Counted from the stretch's first letter, positions 9,091 to 18,425 are shown. The stretch: 64,000 nt of DNA from an uncultured Chloroflexia bacterium (GCA_963825995.1 CAWGVH010000004.1:182483-246482), one strand, 5' to 3'. Notes: generated by a model from the letters alone, not told the origin. A program made the numbers and translations.

Positions 9091-10163
9091 CGTCATCGCC
9101 GCTGCGTGTGGCGCTGCTGGCCCCCATCTCGTGGCGCGTGCCGCCGCGCCACTACGGCCCCTGGGAGCAGTTCGTGTCGCTGCTGGCCGAGGGCCTGGTC
9201 CGCCGCGGCATCGACGTCACCCTCTTCGCCACGGCCGACTCGCTGACGAGCGCGCGCCTCGTGGCGACCGCACCGCACGGCTACTCGGAGGACGCGGCCC
9301 TGGATCCCAAGGTCTGGGAGAGCCTGCACATCGCGACGCTCTTCGAGCGGGCGGACGAGTTCGACATCATCCACAACAGCTTCGACTTCCTGCCCCTCAC
9401 GTACAGCGCACTCGTCCGGACGCCCGTCGTCACGACCATCCATGGTTTCTCGTCCGAGCGCATCCTGCCGGCCTACCTGGCCTACGACGGACGGACCTCC
9501 TACGTGGCCATCAGCGAGGCAGACCGGCACCCGGGCCTGCACTACGTGGCGACCATCCACCATGGCATCGACATGCGGGCCTTCCAGGTCCGCAGGACGC
9601 CGGGTGAGTACCTGCTCTTCTTCGGCCGGATCCACCCTGACAAGGGCACGGTGGGTGCCATCGAGGTAGCGGAGCGGGCCGGCCTGCCGCTGGTCATGGC
9701 CGGCATCGTCCAGGATGAGGCGTACTTCGAGGATCTCGTGAAGCCGCGAGTGGACGGAGTGTGGGTGCGCTATGTCGGTCCCGTGGGCCCGGAGGCGCGC
9801 GGCGCTCTGCTCGGCGGTGCCAGGGCACTGCTGCACCTCATCGAGTTCGAGGAGCCCTTCGGCTTCAGCGTCGTGGAGGCCATGGCCTGCGGCACGCCGG
9901 TCATCGCCCACGCCCGAGGATCGATGCCCGAGATCGTTCAAGAGGGAGTCGGCGGCTACCTGGTGCGCAGCGTGGATGACGCCGTGGCCGCGGTCGGGGC
10001 TTGCGCCAACCTGGATCGCCCTGCCGTGCGCGCCTCGGTGGAAGGGCGCTTCGACGTCGAGCGCATGGTCGATGAGTACGTGGTGGTCTACCAGCGCATC
10101 GTGGCGGACCATCGGGCGGAGACGACCGGCAGGCCTGATGTGGGCCGGCCTGATGTCGGCTGA
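9087..10163 (+). CDS. glycosyltransferase family 4
   Basis: Track ORF 8721..10163 trimmed to the GTG at 9087 (GTGA overlap with the previous stop). N-terminus RVALLAPISWRVPPRHYGPWEQFVSLLAEGLVRRGIDVTLFAT, C-terminal EPFGFSVVEAMACGTPVIA. Confidence 0.8.
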   Translation: MTSSPLRVALLAPISWRVPPRHYGPWEQFVSLLAEGLVRRGIDVTLFATADSLTSARLVATAPHGYSEDAALDPKVWESLHIATLFERADEFDIIHNSFDFLPLTYSALVRTPVVTTIHGFSSERILPAYLAYDGRTSYVAISEADRHPGLHYVATIHHGIDMRAFQVRRTPGEYLLFFGRIHPDKGTVGAIEVAERAGLPLVMAGIVQDEAYFEDLVKPRVDGVWVRYVGPVGPEARGALLGGARALLHLIEFEEPFGFSVVEAMACGTPVIAHARGSMPEIVQEGVGGYLVRSVDDAVAAVGACANLDRPAVRASVEGRFDVERMVDEYVVVYQRIVADHRAETTGRPDVGRPDVG

Positions 10164-11397
10164 CCCCGAAGCGCCCGGGCCGGGCCGCGAGCCCTTCCGG
10201 CTGGGCATCAACTACTGGCCATCTCGCACGGCCATGGGCTGGTGGCAGGACTTCGACGCGGCAGAGACGGCCCGGGACCTGGGGCTGATGGCCGGCCGGG
10301 GCTTGGATTCGGTCAGGCTCTTCCTGACCTGGGACGTCTACCAGCCGGCGCCAGACCATGTGGACGCGGCCATGCTCGATCGGCTCGTGGTGGTCGCGGA
10401 CCTGGCGGAGCGGGCGGGGATGGCCATCATGCCCACGCTCTTCACCGGCCACATGAGCGGGGTGAACCTGGTTCCCGACTGGGCGCTGGGCGGTACAGAC
10501 CGGGACCCTCGCTTCCGGGTGCTCGCCGGCGGGCGGCTCAGCGGGGAGCGGCTGCGCAACTGGTACACGGACCCCGTGGTGCGCGAAGCGCAGGCGTGGC
10601 TCGCCGGCCAGGCCGCTGCCGCGCTGGCAGGCCATCCAGCGCTATGGGCGTGGGACCTGGGCAACGAGAACTCCAACTGCGTACGCCCTCCGGACCGCTC
10701 GGCCGCCAGCGACTGGCTGAAGCGCACGTCGGCGGCCATCCGGTCCGCCGACCCCACGGCCCGGGTGACCATCGGACTGCACATGGAGGACCTGGAGGAA
10801 GACCGCCGGCTGGGCCCCGCCGAAGCCGCCGCCGAGTGTGACTTCCTCACCATGCACGGCTATCCCATCTACGCGTCCTGGGCCGAGGGGCCGACCGACG
10901 AGCACCTGCTGCCATTCCTGGCCCACCTGACATCGTGGCTGGGGGGCGGCGCCGACGTGCTCTTCTCGGAATTCGGTGCGCCGACCTACCGGGCCGCGGA
11001 CCCGAGGCAGAAGCCGGCTCGCCGCGAGGGCGCCATCCCGCTCCTCGAAGAGCAGGCTGCCGCGGACTACACCCGGCGAGCGCTGGCCGCCCTCCGTGGG
11101 GCCGGCTGTCTCGGCGCCATGCTGTGGTGCTTCGCCGACTACGCACCCGCCACCTGGCACGTCCCGCCGCTCGACGAGGCCGGCCACGAGCGGTCCTTCG
11201 GGCTGTGGCGGTCGGATGGCTCGTCCAAACCCGCGCTGGACGAGGTGGAGGCCTTCGCCGGCGCTCCTCGACAGGGAGACCTGCGAGACCATGACTGGAT
11301 CGATGTCGAGCCGGACGAGTACTACCGGAGCCCCGGCGAACACATCCGCCGCCTGTACCGCCGCTTTCGAGACTGGGAGATGGCGACGCTCAGGTGA
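10138..11397 (+). CDS. clan GH-A (GH5/cellulase-like, possibly mannosidase-type) glycoside hydrolase
   Basis: Track ORF 9772..11397 trimmed to the ATG at 10138 (alternative ATG at 10153). TIM-barrel hallmarks: WDLGNENS (acid/base NE) and LFSEFGAP (nucleophile E). No signal peptide. Confidence 0.65.
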   Translation: MWAGLMSADPEAPGPGREPFRLGINYWPSRTAMGWWQDFDAAETARDLGLMAGRGLDSVRLFLTWDVYQPAPDHVDAAMLDRLVVVADLAERAGMAIMPTLFTGHMSGVNLVPDWALGGTDRDPRFRVLAGGRLSGERLRNWYTDPVVREAQAWLAGQAAAALAGHPALWAWDLGNENSNCVRPPDRSAASDWLKRTSAAIRSADPTARVTIGLHMEDLEEDRRLGPAEAAAECDFLTMHGYPIYASWAEGPTDEHLLPFLAHLTSWLGGGADVLFSEFGAPTYRAADPRQKPARREGAIPLLEEQAAADYTRRALAALRGAGCLGAMLWCFADYAPATWHVPPLDEAGHERSFGLWRSDGSSKPALDEVEAFAGAPRQGDLRDHDWIDVEPDEYYRSPGEHIRRLYRRFRDWEMATLR

Positions 11398-12850
11398 GCC
11401 GGCCGAGGACGTCCTCGAGCGAGATGGCGGCGATGCCGCTGCCCAGGTCGGAGAAGCCATAGGGGATGACGAGGTCCCGACCGTGGATGAGGCTGCCGCA
11501 CGAGTACACGACGTTGGGTACGTAGCCGTCGCGCTCATCCTCGGTAGGGACCAGCAGCGGTTCGTCGAGATGGCCGATGACCCGGCGCGGATCCTCGAGG
11601 TCCAGGAGGATGGCTCCCAGGGCGTAGCGGCGCATCGGACCGACCCCATGGGTGAGGACCAGCCAACCGGCCTCGGTCTCGAGGGGCGATCCGCAGTTGC
11701 CCAGCTGCACCAGCTCCCAGGGCCGCTCCGGCCGCTGGATCAGGCAGGGATCCTGCCAGTACCGCACATCGTCGGAGAACATCAGGTAGTTGCTCTCGTT
11801 GTCCTGCCGCGAGAGGGCCGCAAAGCGCCCGCCGATCAGCCGCGGGAAGATGGCCATGCCCTTGTTGCGCGCCGCGTCGCCGTTGAGCGTGGCGATGTCG
11901 AAGGTGCGGAAGTCTGACGTCTCGATGAGCTGCGGCAGGATCTGGCGGCCGTCGAACGCCGTGTACGTCGCGTAGTACAGCAGGGAGCCATCGTCGTGGC
12001 GGAACCTGACGAAGCGGGCGTCCTCCATGCCCTGGCTCTCCGTCGGCCCGGACGGGAAGATGACCCGTTCGGAGAGCTGCGTTTCAGCGGCGAACTCGAT
12101 GGTGTAGTCCGAGGCCGCCAGCCAGTGGATGATGCGGACCGCTTCGTGGGCGGCAGCCTGATCCGCGGCGCGATCATCGAGATCGCTGATGGCAACCTCG
12201 AACTGCTCGAGCGTGAAGCGCCGAGGCAGCGGATCGAGCACGAGGCCGGCCATCTCGTCGTGGACGCCCAATGCGCGCAGCTTCAGGCGGAAGGCGTCCT
12301 GTGGGTAGAGCGGGTCGCGGCGCTGTCCGGTGGACGTGAAACGGCTCGGCTCGTCGACGTGGACGTTGCCCTTCGAATCGATGATCCCTGACCGGAACTC
12401 GATCGACGACAGATGCCCCTCGCCGATCGCCCGCAGGCTCACGATGAAGCGCAACTCCCCAGCGGAGAGCCCGGACTGGTCGGGGCCCGGCACGATGGAC
12501 GGGTTGGAGAGCGCGGCGGCCTCGATGGAGTACTCGTGGGTGAAGTACGCGCCGATGAGGAGCCGCTGCTCCCGGTCGAGGCGGCCGGGGTCATCGATGA
12601 GACCGGCAACGGCCTCATAGTTGCGTTCCAGTGCCACATCCAGGTCGGGGTGACGACCGCTGAACTGATCGCGCGTCGCCGCCAGCGTGGATATCATGTC
12701 GGCCTCAGACAGGGCCAGGATCCGCTCGATCACCTGCCGGGCCCGGGCGCGCCCGTCCGTGGAGCTGGGCTGTGTGGGCAGGAAGGGCCTCATGACCACC
12801 CGCCGGGGGTCGGGACGCATGCGCACCTGCGTGCGGGTGATAGGGATCAC
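11390..12850 (-). CDS. GH130-family beta-mannoside phosphorylase/hydrolase with long N-terminal extension
   Basis: The C-terminal ~310 aa show GH130 propeller blocks (MEDARFVRF, YYATYTAFDG, NKGMAIFPR, GNCGSPLETEAGWLVLTHGVG, VPNVVYSCG). The first ~170 aa are an extra domain. The stop overlaps the convergent gene by 8 nt. Confidence 0.8.
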   Translation of the reverse strand: MIPITRTQVRMRPDPRRVVMRPFLPTQPSSTDGRARARQVIERILALSEADMISTLAATRDQFSGRHPDLDVALERNYEAVAGLIDDPGRLDREQRLLIGAYFTHEYSIEAAALSNPSIVPGPDQSGLSAGELRFIVSLRAIGEGHLSSIEFRSGIIDSKGNVHVDEPSRFTSTGQRRDPLYPQDAFRLKLRALGVHDEMAGLVLDPLPRRFTLEQFEVAISDLDDRAADQAAAHEAVRIIHWLAASDYTIEFAAETQLSERVIFPSGPTESQGMEDARFVRFRHDDGSLLYYATYTAFDGRQILPQLIETSDFRTFDIATLNGDAARNKGMAIFPRLIGGRFAALSRQDNESNYLMFSDDVRYWQDPCLIQRPERPWELVQLGNCGSPLETEAGWLVLTHGVGPMRRYALGAILLDLEDPRRVIGHLDEPLLVPTEDERDGYVPNVVYSCGSLIHGRDLVIPYGFSDLGSGIAAISLEDVLGRLT

Positions 12851-12970
12851 GCCAGGGCCTGGGGCCAGCGGCCCCGAGCACTCACGCTGACCCGAGCACG
12901 CGTCTCACGCAACCAGAGTAGGCCATCCGTGGTTCGATGCGCGCCCCGGTCAGTCGGCCGCTGCTCCAGG

Positions 12971-14568
12971 CTAGGCACCTGCGCCGGCAGCCGCGTCTTC
13001 CTCGTGGAACACGAGCCGAAGCCTCTCTTCTGCCTCCTTCCCAGGGAAGAAGAAGTATGTGAGCGCGCCGCCGAAGACGACAGCCGCCAGTCCCGCGATG
13101 TAGGCCAGCTGGTCGCCCTCGAGGAACGAGGACTCGGCTGCGGCCATGATCTCGTCCGCGTACTGCGGGTTGGCGGCCGCGAGATCCGCCGCGCTCGCAT
13201 AGGAAAGCTGCAGCTGACTCTGCGTCGTGGCGCTCACGTCCTGGCCTGAATCGGCGATAGCCGTGCCCATGGCTGCCGCGTAGCCGGCCGTCAGGAGTGC
13301 ACCGAAGATCGAGGTCATGATCGCGCCGCCGAGGTCGCGCTGCAGGTCCGCAGTGCCGGAGGCCATGCCCACGCGCCTCACCGGCACCGATCCGGTGAGC
13401 GAGTTGGACGAGGGCGTCCCGGCGAGGCCCACGCCGATGCCCATGAGCCCCAAGGGGATGGCGACGATCCAGTAGGGCGTGCTCTCTCCCCAAAGGAAGA
13501 ACATGGCGATGAAGGCCAGGCCCAGGATGGACTGGCCCAACAGGAGGGTCGCCCGCGAGCCGCGCTCCTGCACGAGCCTGGCCGACCGGGGCGCCACGAG
13601 CACCATGAAGATGACGGCCGGCAGGATGGCCGCGCCGGCTTGAAGCGTGTCGTAGCCGAGCACGTTCTGGAGATACTGCTGGTTGATGAACGCGATACCC
13701 ATCAACGAGCCGAACACGATGATGCCCGCCACGGCCGCGACCCAGAAGGTCGCTCGCGAAGCCACCTTCAGGTCATAGAGCGGATCGGCTGCCCGCCGCT
13801 GGCGGACGACGAAGAGGACGAGGACCAGGGCCGCGGCCGCCAGCAGACCCAGGGCCAGGGCCTGCATGTTGGGCACCGTGATGAAGTTGAGTGCGATGAT
13901 CAACGCGCCGATCATGACCGCCGAGAGGACGCCGCCGATGTTGTCGACCGGTGCGGTGGCCTCGTTGACGTGCGCGGGGACGTGGCGCCAGGCCATGTAG
14001 AGCGCCACGAGCGCCAGCGGGATGGTGACCAGGAAGACAGAGCCCCACGCGAAGTGCTCGAGCAGGAAGCCGGCGATGAGCGGGCCGAGCATGGCCGTGC
14101 CGCCACCCAGGGCGGACCAGGCGGCGATGGCCCGCGTGCGTGCGGGACCCGCTGCCCAGAGCGCCGTGATGAGCGCCAGTGTCGTGGGATAGGCAAGGCC
14201 GGCCGACAGGCCGCCCACGACACGCGCGCCGAAGAGCACCGTGTCCGATGGTGCGAAACCGGCCACCAGCGACGCCGGCACTGCCAACAGCATGCCCAGG
14301 ACGATCATCATCTTGCGGCCGTAGCGGTCGCCGAGGGCCCCGAACCACAGGACGGATGCGGCCAGGCCGAGCGAGTAGCCCACGGCGATGAGGTCGAGCA
14401 TCGTTGGGACGAGTCGAACGACTTGCCGATCGAAGGCAGCGCCACGTTGGCGACCGAGAGGTTCAGATTCGCAACGGCCGCCACCAGGATGAGCGAACCC
14501 AGGACGATCTTGGCGTGAGGCGGGGCGCCACTGGCGGCGTCCGCCGGGCCGGTCTTCGCAGCTGCCAA
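12971..14568 (-). pseudogene. DHA2 (EmrB/QacA-type) MFS transporter with a frame break near the N-terminus (pseudogene or sequencing indel)
   Basis: Main ORF 12971..14401 starts inside TM2 (MLDLIAVGYSLGLAAS..GDRYGRK). The missing TM1 (KIVLGSLILVAAVANLNLSVANVALPSIGKSFDSSQ) is encoded in another frame at 14404-14568, behind GGAGAG-N5-TTG. One base appears to be missing around 14400-14408. Confidence 0.7.
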
Positions 14569-14627
14569 CTCATCTCTCCATCGGTCATGGGCAGGCCGGC
14601 CCCTGCCGGCGTACCGTCCGTCGTGGG

Positions 14628-17537
14628 TCAGCCGGCGGCGCCGCCTCCCACGGCCTGGACGCCCTGGTGCTGGTGCAACGCGGTCTCCTCTTCGACGGTG
14701 CCCGGCTGGAGGTCGAAGATGACCTGCTTGACGGTGCCGTTGAAGGCGTAGGGCGCCTTGTCCTCGTACTCGCGGTCCACCACGAGGCCGTTGTCGCGGC
14801 TGATGTCCATCCCTGCGTAGCTGGTGAAGGTGACGGGGACCGTCCTGGGCATGTCGCCCTCGCCGACCGGGTGGCCATCGATGAAGAGGGTCACGTGACC
14901 GCCGCTGCCGGGCTTGGTCTCGGTTGACTCGAACAGCATCTTGACGTTGACGTTCCCACTCGGGAGCGGCTCGTCTGACGCCTGCCGGTAGGTATCCACG
15001 CCGAGGAGCGAGTAGGTGTGACGGAGCTTGCCCTGCCCGTCCACCCAGAGCCCGAAGCCACCGATGAAGTCCGCCATGGCCACGATGACGCCCTCGGCAC
15101 CGCGCTCCGGAACGACCAGGTCGGCCTCGATGGCGTACGAACGGCCGTAGATCCGCGGGATCATGCCCCACTGGATGTTGTCGACGTCCCCCTTGAAGGT
15201 GAAACGGGTCTGGGTGGGGAGCGGCGGCAGGATGCCGTACAGGACCGAGAAGCCGGCCATGAGCGGCAGGACGCGGTTGCGTTCGGCCTCCTTCCACCAC
15301 AGCTCCTGGAGCTCCCTGACCTTCTCCGGGTGCGCTGCCGCCACGTCGTGCGCCTGCGTGAAGTCCCTGGTCAGGTCGTAGAGCTCCCAGCCCACGTCGC
15401 GGTCCGCGTCCCAGTCTGCGCCGGGACCGAACGGCCGGAGCGTGGTCGGCGAGAGGTCCCAGGGCAGGCGGTCCGGCCGAGAGGCTGCCCACCAGCCGTC
15501 CTTGTACATGCCGCGGCTGGCGAACATCTCGAAGTACTGCTGCGTGTGCTGCTCGGGCGCCGCCGCGTCGTCGACGGAGTACAGGAAGCTGGTGCCGTCC
15601 ATAGGCTCCTGCTCGATGCCGTCGACCATCTTCGGTTCCGGGACGCCGGCCGCCTCCAGGATCGTCGGGCCGACGTCGATGACATGCGTGAACTGCGCGC
15701 GTGGTGTGGCATCGGGCTGGACCCGCCTGGGCCAGGCCATGACCATCGGGTCGCGGGTGCCACCGAGATGGCTGGCGGTCTGCTTGCCCCACTTGAACGG
15801 GGCGTTGAAGGCGTGTGCCCAGGCAGCCGCGATGTGCGGGGCCGTGTGGTCGCCGCCCAATGCCTCGAGGCCGCCGTACTGCTCGATGAGCTGCAGTTGC
15901 TTCGCCGGGTCGAGCAGGATGCCGTTGAGGAACGTCAGCTCGTTGAACGACCCGGTGATGGTGCCCTCCAGGCTGGCTCCGTTGTCGCCCCAGATGTAGA
16001 TGATCAGGGTGTCGTCCAGGTCACCCAGGTCATCGATGGCATCGACGAGCCGCCCGACGTTCCAGTCGGCGTTCTCCTGGTAGCCGGCGTAGACCTCCGC
16101 CTGGCGGACGTAGAGCCTCTTGGCGTCGTCATCGAGGGCATCCCAGGCCGGGAAGGCATCCGGGCGTTCGGTGAGCTCCGCATCCGGCGGGATGATGCCA
16201 AGCTCCTTCTGGCGCTGGAACGTGCGCTCGCGCAGCTTGTCCCAGCCGTCGTCGAAGACACCCTTGTAGCGGTCCGCCCACTCGGGCGCGACGTGGTGCG
16301 GGGCGTGGGCGCAGCCGGTCGAGTAGAACATGAACCATGGCTTGTCCGGGTCCTGCGCCCGGACGCGATGCAGCCACTCGATGGACTTGTCCGTGATGTC
16401 GTCCGGGAAGTAGTACCCATTGCCGTCCTTGCCCTCGGGCACCCCCTGGACCCAGTCATCCTGCGTGATGACGGGGTCGTACTGGCCGGCCGCGCCGGAG
16501 AGGAAGCCCCACCAGTGGTCGAAGCCCCAGGACTTGGGCCACAGGTCGAAGGGGCCGGCAGCGCCCTGGACGTTGTTCGGCGTGAGGTGCCACTTGCCGA
16601 AGCCGCCGGTGACGTAGCCGTTCTCCTTGAGGATGCGTGGCACGCCGGCGCAGCTCCTCGGCTTGTTGGCGGTGTAGCCGGGGAACGGGCCGGGGTACTC
16701 GGCGATGGAGCCGAAGCCGACGCGGTGCTGGTTGCGGCCGGTAAGGAGTGCCGCGCGCGTCGGCGAGCAGACGGCCGTGACGTGGAAGCGGTTGTACGTG
16801 AGGCCCATCTGCTGGACCCGGGTGAAGGCCGGCGTCCTGACCGGGCCGCCGAACGTCTCCGGCGCGCCGTAGCCGGCGTCGTCGATGATGACCAGGAGGA
16901 CATTCGGAGCGCTCTCCGGTGCCTTGGGACCCGGGATCATGAGCCAGTCGGCGACCGAATCCTTGAGCGTGCGGCCGGCGACGCCCCCAAAGGTGCGGTT
17001 GGGGATGGGCAGGGCTGAGCGATCCTGGACGAACTTGCCCATGGCCTCGGCGAGCGAGTCCGTGAGAGCCTTGGTGCCCTTCGCCTCCGTCTCCACGAGG
17101 GACTTGGCCGGCGAGCCGGGCAGGGCCTGCTCGACGGCGAGACGCTGGTCCGCCTCGAACATGGCGATGATGGCCGCGGTGCCGGGCTTCAAAGCTGCGC
17201 CGAGCTTGTCGTGGAGTCCCTGCTCCACCTTGTGGTCGGCCAGCTTGCCCAGGACCGCGCCGCCGGCTGCGCCGACGACGGTTGCCGCCAGCAGCGGGGG
17301 CGCTGCCAGGCCGACCAGGAAGCCGACCCCGCCGCCCCACTTGGCGCCCGTGCGGCCGATGCTGTCGCCCGTCTTCTGGACGGTCACGTTGCCGGCCTCG
17401 TCATGCGCCACGACGATGACGGCCTCGACACGCACCTGCTTCGCCTTGACCTGTTCGATGAGGGCTTCGAAATCCTCGTTCGCGGTGTCGACGCTCTGGT
17501 ACCCGGCGACCAGGACGTTGGTCAGCTGGTTGGTCAT
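14628..17537 (-). CDS. arylsulfatase (Cys-type, formylglycine-dependent) with N-terminal DUF1269-like membrane domain
   Basis: 969 aa. Residues ~1-175 resemble the neighbouring DUF1269 protein (Gly-rich TM pair GAKWGGGVGFLVGLAAPPLLAATVVGAAGGAVLG). It continues with the sulfatase core LLVIIDDAGYG and VTAVCSPTRAALLTGRN (CxPxR). Confidence 0.85.
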   Translation of the reverse strand: MTNQLTNVLVAGYQSVDTANEDFEALIEQVKAKQVRVEAVIVVAHDEAGNVTVQKTGDSIGRTGAKWGGGVGFLVGLAAPPLLAATVVGAAGGAVLGKLADHKVEQGLHDKLGAALKPGTAAIIAMFEADQRLAVEQALPGSPAKSLVETEAKGTKALTDSLAEAMGKFVQDRSALPIPNRTFGGVAGRTLKDSVADWLMIPGPKAPESAPNVLLVIIDDAGYGAPETFGGPVRTPAFTRVQQMGLTYNRFHVTAVCSPTRAALLTGRNQHRVGFGSIAEYPGPFPGYTANKPRSCAGVPRILKENGYVTGGFGKWHLTPNNVQGAAGPFDLWPKSWGFDHWWGFLSGAAGQYDPVITQDDWVQGVPEGKDGNGYYFPDDITDKSIEWLHRVRAQDPDKPWFMFYSTGCAHAPHHVAPEWADRYKGVFDDGWDKLRERTFQRQKELGIIPPDAELTERPDAFPAWDALDDDAKRLYVRQAEVYAGYQENADWNVGRLVDAIDDLGDLDDTLIIYIWGDNGASLEGTITGSFNELTFLNGILLDPAKQLQLIEQYGGLEALGGDHTAPHIAAAWAHAFNAPFKWGKQTASHLGGTRDPMVMAWPRRVQPDATPRAQFTHVIDVGPTILEAAGVPEPKMVDGIEQEPMDGTSFLYSVDDAAAPEQHTQQYFEMFASRGMYKDGWWAASRPDRLPWDLSPTTLRPFGPGADWDADRDVGWELYDLTRDFTQAHDVAAAHPEKVRELQELWWKEAERNRVLPLMAGFSVLYGILPPLPTQTRFTFKGDVDNIQWGMIPRIYGRSYAIEADLVVPERGAEGVIVAMADFIGGFGLWVDGQGKLRHTYSLLGVDTYRQASDEPLPSGNVNVKMLFESTETKPGSGGHVTLFIDGHPVGEGDMPRTVPVTFTSYAGMDISRDNGLVVDREYEDKAPYAFNGTVKQVIFDLQPGTVEEETALHQHQGVQAVGGGAAG

Positions 17538-17744
17538 GTCGTTCCCTCCTGCGTCGCATGCATGGAGCGCCTGTCGATCGAGTCGGACCCGAGTCGGTCA
17601 CCCGGGTAGAGCGTCATGTCGGCGATGGTCACGGCCCGCGGCATCATCCAACCGCACGATGGTGACACACGCAGCTCAGGGCCGGCCAGGGGGAACCCCA
17701 GCTTCCACCAAGTCGACATGGCCTGCCCGTGTCGGGAACGACGG

Positions 17745-17782
17745 AGCGCCGCCCGGCCGTCTTGCACGACCCGGGCGGCGCT
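17745..17782 (-). terminator. 12-bp perfect GC-rich hairpin between the DUF1269 gene and the sulfatase gene (terminator/attenuator candidate, no U-tract)
   Basis: AGCGCCGCCCGG-N14-CCGGGCGGCGCT, located 31 nt after the DUF1269 stop and ~208 nt before the sulfatase start. Confidence 0.35.
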
Positions 17783-17812
17783 ACGCAACCTGGCAGCCCC
17801 CTGGGGCCACCG

Positions 17813-18352
17813 CTAGCTGGTGGCGATGGCGTCCTTGGCGGCGGCCGCCTCGCGGTCGATCTCCTGCGCGAGCTGCTTGTCGACGGCCTGGGAGACGATC
17901 TTGTCCGCCTTGGCGAGGGCCTTCTCGACCTCGACGACGGCGGTGTCCTCGGCGAAGACGATGAGGGCGGTCGTGCCGGGAGCCACGATGCCGGCCAGCT
18001 CATCGGAGAGCTTGGAGCGGTGCGACAGGTTGCGCACCTTGCCCATGACCGAGCCGATGACACCGACCCCGACGGCGCCCGCCAGGATGCTGGGCGGGAA
18101 GATGACACCCAGCACCACGCCACCGACGATGCCCCACTTGAGACCCGTCTTGGTGCTGTGGTCGGTGACCTTGCCGAGATGGATCTTGCCGTCCGGGTCA
18201 GCGCTGGCGATGACGACGGCGTCGATGCGCAGGCTGGTGGCCGCCTCGAGCTGCTCGATCTCGACGTAGGTGGCCTCGGCCGCCTCGGCCGTGGCGAACT
18301 GCCCGGCGATGAGGTAGTAGGCGCCATCGGTCACCAGGCCGATGCCCTCCAC
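17813..18352 (-). CDS. DUF1269-family membrane protein
   Basis: 179 aa from the GTG at 18352. Central Gly-rich TM pair GLKWGIVGGVVLGVIFPPSILAGAVGVGVIGSVMG flanked by soluble halves. Paralogous to the N-terminus of the downstream sulfatase. Confidence 0.7.
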   Translation of the reverse strand: MEGIGLVTDGAYYLIAGQFATAEAAEATYVEIEQLEAATSLRIDAVVIASADPDGKIHLGKVTDHSTKTGLKWGIVGGVVLGVIFPPSILAGAVGVGVIGSVMGKVRNLSHRSKLSDELAGIVAPGTTALIVFAEDTAVVEVEKALAKADKIVSQAVDKQLAQEIDREAAAAKDAIATS

Positions 18353-18356
18353 CGGC

Positions 18357-18425
18357 TCACTCGGCGGGCGTGCTGACGACTTCAGCGGACGGTGTCTCGG
18401 CCGGAACGTTGGTCGGTTCGGTCAT
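18357..18425 (-). other. 22-codon upstream ORF with strong SD, ending 4 nt before the DUF1269 GTG (coupled leader ORF or frameshifted true N-terminus)
   Basis: AAGGAG-N9-ATG, then MTEPTNVPAETPSAEVVSTPAE-TGA. Deleting one base near the TGA would fuse it in frame to VEGIGLV... Confidence 0.3.

Noticed and set aside
14308-15792. 494-aa minus-strand ORF spanning the MFS / sulfatase boundary.
   Set aside because: Only its last ~55 codons (…KIVLGSLILVAAVANLNLSVANVALPSIGKSFDSSQ) are real. They are the displaced N-terminus of the DHA2 transporter. The rest is out of frame with the sulfatase gene.
15018-17018. 666-aa plus-strand ORF inside the sulfatase locus. Similar cases are 27309-29153 (+), 48094-49788 (+), 62285-63583 (-), 49897-51582 (+) and 44480-45880 (-).
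   Set aside because: All are antisense to genes with strong family motifs and have non-protein-like composition. They are GC-driven stop-codon depletion artefacts.
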